Notes under the pieces: generated by a model
The model's database searches: none
Told to the model about the DNA's origin: nothing
The model's input: the letters and a program-made list of their open reading frames with translations, nothing else
In this document: in pieces, positions 59,721 through 64,000 of the stretch
Layout of the letters: each line of letters starts with the position of its first letter
Position numbering within the stretch: the stretch's first letter is position 1
Sequence record: KX130865
Origin: Shigella phage SHSML-52-1
Length of the DNA stretch: 64,000 bases
Strand: one strand, 5' to 3'
Made by a program: the position numbers and the translations under genes

Positions 59721-59901
59721 ACGTCTGAAGCTGAACGCAGGGTTCACCCTTAAATTGGGAGGTCCTCTTTGTGTTAAAATTTCTGAAAAGGAATATCACG
59801 ACGGTTCTATTACAGAAATTTGTCCGCCTATTGTAAAGGCAGACCCAAAACAACTCGTGTGGGTTGATTCATTTCAAGTTAAGAAATGGTGGAAACGATG
59901 A
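59695..59901 (+). CDS. hypothetical protein
   Basis: 68 aa from ATG 59695. Confidence 0.4.
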   Translation: MALVQTKFKRLKLNAGFTLKLGGPLCVKISEKEYHDGSITEICPPIVKADPKQLVWVDSFQVKKWWKR

Positions 59902-59914
59902 GAGATGATTATGC

Positions 59915-60088
59915 ATGACGAACATCCCGACTTCTGAAAATTTCGATAAAATCCGTAAAGGCAAAGCAGAAAGAATGAGACGTTTTAAAGAGTCTTATGA
60001 TAAAGCTAAAGCCGAAGGAACTATTACATACAAGCCCATTCGATTTAAAAGTTCAAATGAGCCTCTGTACGGTGTACTATGTGGATAG
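59915..60088 (+). CDS. hypothetical small protein (57 aa)
   Basis: ATG 59915; stop is the first base of the terminator hairpin. Confidence 0.4.
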   Translation: MTNIPTSENFDKIRKGKAERMRRFKESYDKAKAEGTITYKPIRFKSSNEPLYGVLCG

Positions 60089-60113
60089 GAACTCTTCGGA
60101 GTTCCTTTTTTTT
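60088..60113 (+). terminator. intrinsic terminator
   Basis: GGAACTC-TTCG-GAGTTCC followed by eight T. Confidence 0.75.
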
Positions 60114-60159
60114 GCTTTATAAACGGATGATAGAATGAATTAACTAATGAGGAAATAAT

Positions 60160-61179
60160 ATGAAAATTTTGCACTTAGGCGACTTCCATATCGGAGTCAA
60201 ACAAGATGACCCATGGGTTCAAGATATTCAACGTGATGGTATTCGTCAAGCAATTGAATACTCTAAGAAACACGGGATTAAAACTTGGATTCAGTACGGT
60301 GATTGGTTTGACGTCCGTAAAGCAATAACACATCGTACGATGGAATTCAATCGTGAAATCGTTGATATGATTTCTAAAGCAGGCATTCACGTTCATGTCA
60401 CGATAGGAAACCATGACATGGCGTTTAAGAATACAATAACACCTAACACTGTTTCTGAATTGTTAACTCAATTTGAAAACTTTACTATTTACGAGCATCC
60501 AACTACCGTAGATTTTGACGGATGTTTGATTGATATCGTTCCGTGGATGTGTGAAGAAAATACAGGTGAAATCTTAGAGCACATCAAGACTTCTTCTGCG
60601 GCGTATTGTGTCGGGCACTGGGAACTGAATGGCTTCTATTTCTATAAAGGAATGAAGTCTCATGGGCTTGAACCTGATTTCTTAAAGACCTATAAACAAG
60701 TCTGGTCTGGCCACTTCCACACAATCTCTGAAGCTGCTAACGTCAAATATATTGGGACACCATGGACCCTTACTGCAGGCGATGAGAACGACCCACGCGG
60801 ATTCTGGGTATTTGACACTGATGTTGAACGTATGGAATTTATTCCTAATGAAACAACATGGCATCGACGAATCACTTATCCGTTTAAAGGCAAAATCAAT
60901 TATTCTGATTATACTAATCTAGCCGTACGTGTTATAGTATCAGAAATTGATTCAGAGTTGACTAAGTTTGAATCTGAACTTGAAAAAGTAGTTCACTCTC
61001 TTCGTATGGTTTCTAAAGTTGATAACAGTGTTGAATCTGATGACGACCAGGAAATCGAGATTAAATCACTTCAAGATATCATTAAAGAATATATTGACGC
61101 GATTCCAGATATCTCAGACGAAGACAGAGAAGCGCTGGTCAAATATTCCAACGAACTTTATATTGAGGCAACACAATGA
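60160..61179 (+). CDS. 47: recombination endonuclease subunit gp47 (Mre11-like)
   Basis: 339 aa as T4 gp47; phosphoesterase motifs LHLGDFH, GDWFD, GNHD. Confidence 0.92.
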   Translation: MKILHLGDFHIGVKQDDPWVQDIQRDGIRQAIEYSKKHGIKTWIQYGDWFDVRKAITHRTMEFNREIVDMISKAGIHVHVTIGNHDMAFKNTITPNTVSELLTQFENFTIYEHPTTVDFDGCLIDIVPWMCEENTGEILEHIKTSSAAYCVGHWELNGFYFYKGMKSHGLEPDFLKTYKQVWSGHFHTISEAANVKYIGTPWTLTAGDENDPRGFWVFDTDVERMEFIPNETTWHRRITYPFKGKINYSDYTNLAVRVIVSEIDSELTKFESELEKVVHSLRMVSKVDNSVESDDDQEIEIKSLQDIIKEYIDAIPDISDEDREALVKYSNELYIEATQ

Positions 61180-61433
61180 CTTTAGATGAATTTAACAATG
61201 CTGGGCTCGGGCTTGAAGTTGAAATAGACGTTAAAGATGATGATGGGTTCGAGAACACTATCAAGTATTGGATTGAGCCGTTACGCGTTGAAGGCAATGA
61301 AGTTAAAGCAGTTCATGTCTGCACCGACTGGGCTATTGAATTTAGCTTTAATATAATGGACAACGATACTCCTGGCTCTATTCTGAAAATGGCTGAAGCG
61401 TGTATTGAGGATGCGTATAATGACGAAGACTGA
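61176..61433 (+). CDS. hypothetical protein
   Basis: 85 aa acidic; ATGA overlap with gene 47. Confidence 0.5.
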   Translation: MTLDEFNNAGLGLEVEIDVKDDDGFENTIKYWIEPLRVEGNEVKAVHVCTDWAIEFSFNIMDNDTPGSILKMAEACIEDAYNDED

Positions 61434-61659
61434 CTATGAAATCCATCGTCATGAATTTAGTATTGGTGACGGTTATATTGGTATCGTTGAATGGACTGAG
61501 AATTACGAGGAATCAACTCCTCGTTTCTTTGGAACAATGTATGTTACCTGTGAGTACGCACCAGGTGTTGTTATGTATGCAGAACTAGATGAATATTTTG
61601 CTGATAGGGATGACATGTTAAAATATGTAGAGGACTTCATTCGAAGAGAATACATATGA
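61420..61659 (+). CDS. hypothetical protein
   Basis: 79 aa from ATG 61420 (GAGG 9 nt upstream). Confidence 0.45.
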   Translation: MTKTDYEIHRHEFSIGDGYIGIVEWTENYEESTPRFFGTMYVTCEYAPGVVMYAELDEYFADRDDMLKYVEDFIRREYI

Positions 61660-63344
61660 AATCATTTAAATTAAATCGTGTTCGTTATCAAAACATCATG
61701 TCGGTAGGTGGGAATCCTATCGATATCCAATTAGATAAAGTCCAAAAGACATTAATCACTGGTAAAAATGGTGGTGGTAAATCTACGATGTTAGAAGCCA
61801 TTACTTTCGGACTTTTCGGTAAACCATTTCGTGATGTTAAGAAAGGACAAATCATTAATAGCACGAACAAGAAAGAGCTCTTAGTTGAGCTTTGGATGGA
61901 ATTCGATGATAAAAAATACTTCATTAAACGCGGCCAAAAGCCCAATATTTTCGAAATCTCCGTTGACGGTGTTCGTCTTGATGAATCTGCCAGCAGTCGC
62001 GACTTCCAAGAAGAATTTGAACGTAGCATCGGAATGTCATACGCGTCTTTTAAACAAATCGTTGTGCTTGGGACGGCAGGGTATACCCCTTTCATGGCTC
62101 TTAGCACCCCTGCTCGTAGAAAACTTGTCGAAGACCTTTTAGAAGTCGGCACACTCGCTGAAATGGATAAAATCAATAAGTCTCAAGTTCGAGAACTTAA
62201 TTCCCAGGGGCAAGTTCTCGATGCCAAGAAAGATGGTATTATCCAACAAATTAAGATTTATAACGAGAATATCGAACGTCAAAAGAAATTATCTGGTGAT
62301 AATGTAGCGCGTCTACAGAATATGTATGACGACCTAGCCAAAGAAGCTCGTTCATTAAAAGCAGAAATTGAAGAAGCTAACGAGCGTCTACTTAATATCG
62401 TTCTTGACGAAGACCCTACTGAGGCATTCAACAAGATAGGACAAGAAGCATTCTTGATTAAATCTAAAATCGACTCATATAACAAAGTTATTAAGATGTA
62501 TCATGATGGTGGCACATGTCCTACTTGTGCATCACAGTTGCACCAGGGTGACCCTATTGTCTCTAAGATTACCGATAAGCTTCATGAATGTAATCACTCA
62601 TTCGAGCAACTTACCTGTCACAGAGATAATCTGAGTGTCCTAGTGGACGAATATCGAGCTAATGTTAAGACTAAACAGGACCTTGCATCTGATATTCGTA
62701 CCAAGAAACAAGCAATGATTGCCACTATCGATAAAGCTAAGAAAGTTAAAGCTGCAATAGAACAAGCCTCAGCAGAATTTATCGACCATGCTGATGAGAT
62801 AGCTTTGCTTCAAAAAGAACTTGATAAAATCATTAAAACAAAATCGGATATCGTTCTTGAAAAATACCATCGTGGTATTATCACAGATATGTTAAAAGAT
62901 TCTGGTATTAAAGGTGCTATCATTAAAAAATATGTGCCTCTGTTCAACAAACAGATTAACCATTATCTTAAAATCATGGAAGCTGATTACGTGTTTTCTA
63001 TTGACGAAGAATTCAATGAATCTATAAAATCACGCGGTCGTGAAGATTTTAGCTATGCTTCATTTAGTCAAGGTGAAAAAGCACGTATCGATATCGCGTT
63101 GTTGTTTACATGGCGAGATATTGCTGAAAAGGTCTCTGGTGTTAAAATCAACACTCTTATTCTTGACGAAGTTTTTGATGGTGCTGTTGATTCTGAGGCT
63201 GTTAAGGCTATAGATACCATCCTTGGTAGTTTACAAAATACTAACGTGTTCATTATCTCTCATAGAGACCACGATCCTCAACGTTACGGACAACATCTTC
63301 AGATGAGCAAAGTTGGACGATTTACTGTGATGACTGTTTCATAA
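61656..63344 (+). CDS. 46: recombination endonuclease subunit gp46 (Rad50-like ATPase)
   Basis: 562 aa; Walker A GKNGGGKST, central coiled coil with CPTC zinc hook, signature SQGEKAR, Walker B LILDEVFD. Confidence 0.92.
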   Translation: MKSFKLNRVRYQNIMSVGGNPIDIQLDKVQKTLITGKNGGGKSTMLEAITFGLFGKPFRDVKKGQIINSTNKKELLVELWMEFDDKKYFIKRGQKPNIFEISVDGVRLDESASSRDFQEEFERSIGMSYASFKQIVVLGTAGYTPFMALSTPARRKLVEDLLEVGTLAEMDKINKSQVRELNSQGQVLDAKKDGIIQQIKIYNENIERQKKLSGDNVARLQNMYDDLAKEARSLKAEIEEANERLLNIVLDEDPTEAFNKIGQEAFLIKSKIDSYNKVIKMYHDGGTCPTCASQLHQGDPIVSKITDKLHECNHSFEQLTCHRDNLSVLVDEYRANVKTKQDLASDIRTKKQAMIATIDKAKKVKAAIEQASAEFIDHADEIALLQKELDKIIKTKSDIVLEKYHRGIITDMLKDSGIKGAIIKKYVPLFNKQINHYLKIMEADYVFSIDEEFNESIKSRGREDFSYASFSQGEKARIDIALLFTWRDIAEKVSGVKINTLILDEVFDGAVDSEAVKAIDTILGSLQNTNVFIISHRDHDPQRYGQHLQMSKVGRFTVMTVS

Positions 63345-63398
63345 ACGCTTTAACACGATGTGGTTATAATGACCACATCAAATTAAATGGAGAACAAC

Positions 63399-63587
63399 AT
63401 GGAGTATTCAACTGGACAACATCTTCTTGTTGTCCCTGAAATTAAAAAATATGTTTTGACCAATACGTTTTCAGGTGAAGAACATATTGTTACTGAACAA
63501 ATGCTCAAATCTGCTTTTAAAGATGAGTATAATAAAATAATGTCTAATCGCAATTCCGCATGGACAGTTACCGACTTCTACGAATAA
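63399..63587 (+). CDS. hypothetical protein
   Basis: 62 aa from ATG 63399 (GGAGAA SD). Confidence 0.45.
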   Translation: MEYSTGQHLLVVPEIKKYVLTNTFSGEEHIVTEQMLKSAFKDEYNKIMSNRNSAWTVTDFYE

Positions 63588-63599
63588 GAGAGAAATAAT

Positions 63600-64000
63600 A
63601 TGTTTACTACTGCTAAAGGTTTCACTGCTGCTGATCTGAAAGTTACTTCTATCCGTACTGACGCTAACCCGCATAACCATAATCGTGTTCGTAAAGCATG
63701 GGTCCTGCATTGTGATGACGCAAGTGCTAAAAAGCTTCAATCTTTGCCACAAGAAACTCGTTTTATGATTTATGGTTTTATTGATAACGATGTATCTGAT
63801 ATGTGGATTCATCTGATGCGTAAGCACTATAAAGATTCTATCGAAGCAGGTGCTAAAATTGTTCTTGATAAAGATGGTTCTGAGCGTCTGGAAGATTTCT
63901 ATTGTGTTGATGCCGACGAACAACTAATTGCAGCTGGCGAAATTGTTGCTTCTAAAATTCCAGAATATATTGAATCACTGCCTGAAGCTATTAAAAAGCA
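63600..64000 (+). CDS. hypothetical protein, 5' part (runs off window end)
   Basis: ATG 63600 after AGAGAAATAATA; open to 64000 (MFTTAKGFTAADLKVTSIRTDANPH...); absent from ORF track because no stop. Confidence 0.55.
   Translation, partial: MFTTAKGFTAADLKVTSIRTDANPHNHNRVRKAWVLHCDDASAKKLQSLPQETRFMIYGFIDNDVSDMWIHLMRKHYKDSIEAGAKIVLDKDGSERLEDFYCVDADEQLIAAGEIVASKIPEYIESLPEAIKK

Overview
This window is a contiguous segment of a T4-like (T-even type) myovirus genome. All protein identities come from my own recognition of T4 protein sequences, motifs and gene order; no database search was possible. Positions 1-19243 are the late structural module on the minus strand in T4 order: 17 (partial), 16, 15, 14, 13, wac, 12, 11, 10, 9, 8, 7, 6, 5.4, 5.1, 5, 53. 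From 19305 onward every gene is on the plus strand: 4, 2, 3, 1, 57A, 57B (Acb1), then a roughly 40-kb early/middle accessory region of about 90 mostly small genes. Recognisable anchors there are ipI, two tRNAs, nudE, e (lysozyme), denV, a GrcA-like glycyl-radical protein, regB, tk, rI, nrdC, gene 49, nrdD (split by a group I intron carrying I-TevII), nrdG, 55, 47 and 46. The accessory region is punctuated by about 20 sigma70-type early promoter cassettes (GTTTAC -35, -10 inside a short inverted repeat), several intrinsic terminators (three near-identical), and T4 late promoters (TATAAATA). Compared with my memory of T4 there are only two tRNAs, no alpha-glucosyltransferase gene between 55 and 47, and gene 49 is interrupted by a one-base frameshift. 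The most interesting unexplained content is: six genes carrying the capsid-targeting leader of T4 internal proteins (T4 has three), two small tandem paralog families defined by conserved C-terminal tails, a macro-domain-like protein, and a nucleotidyltransferase / AAA+ ATPase gene pair. Functional calls for these are inference only.
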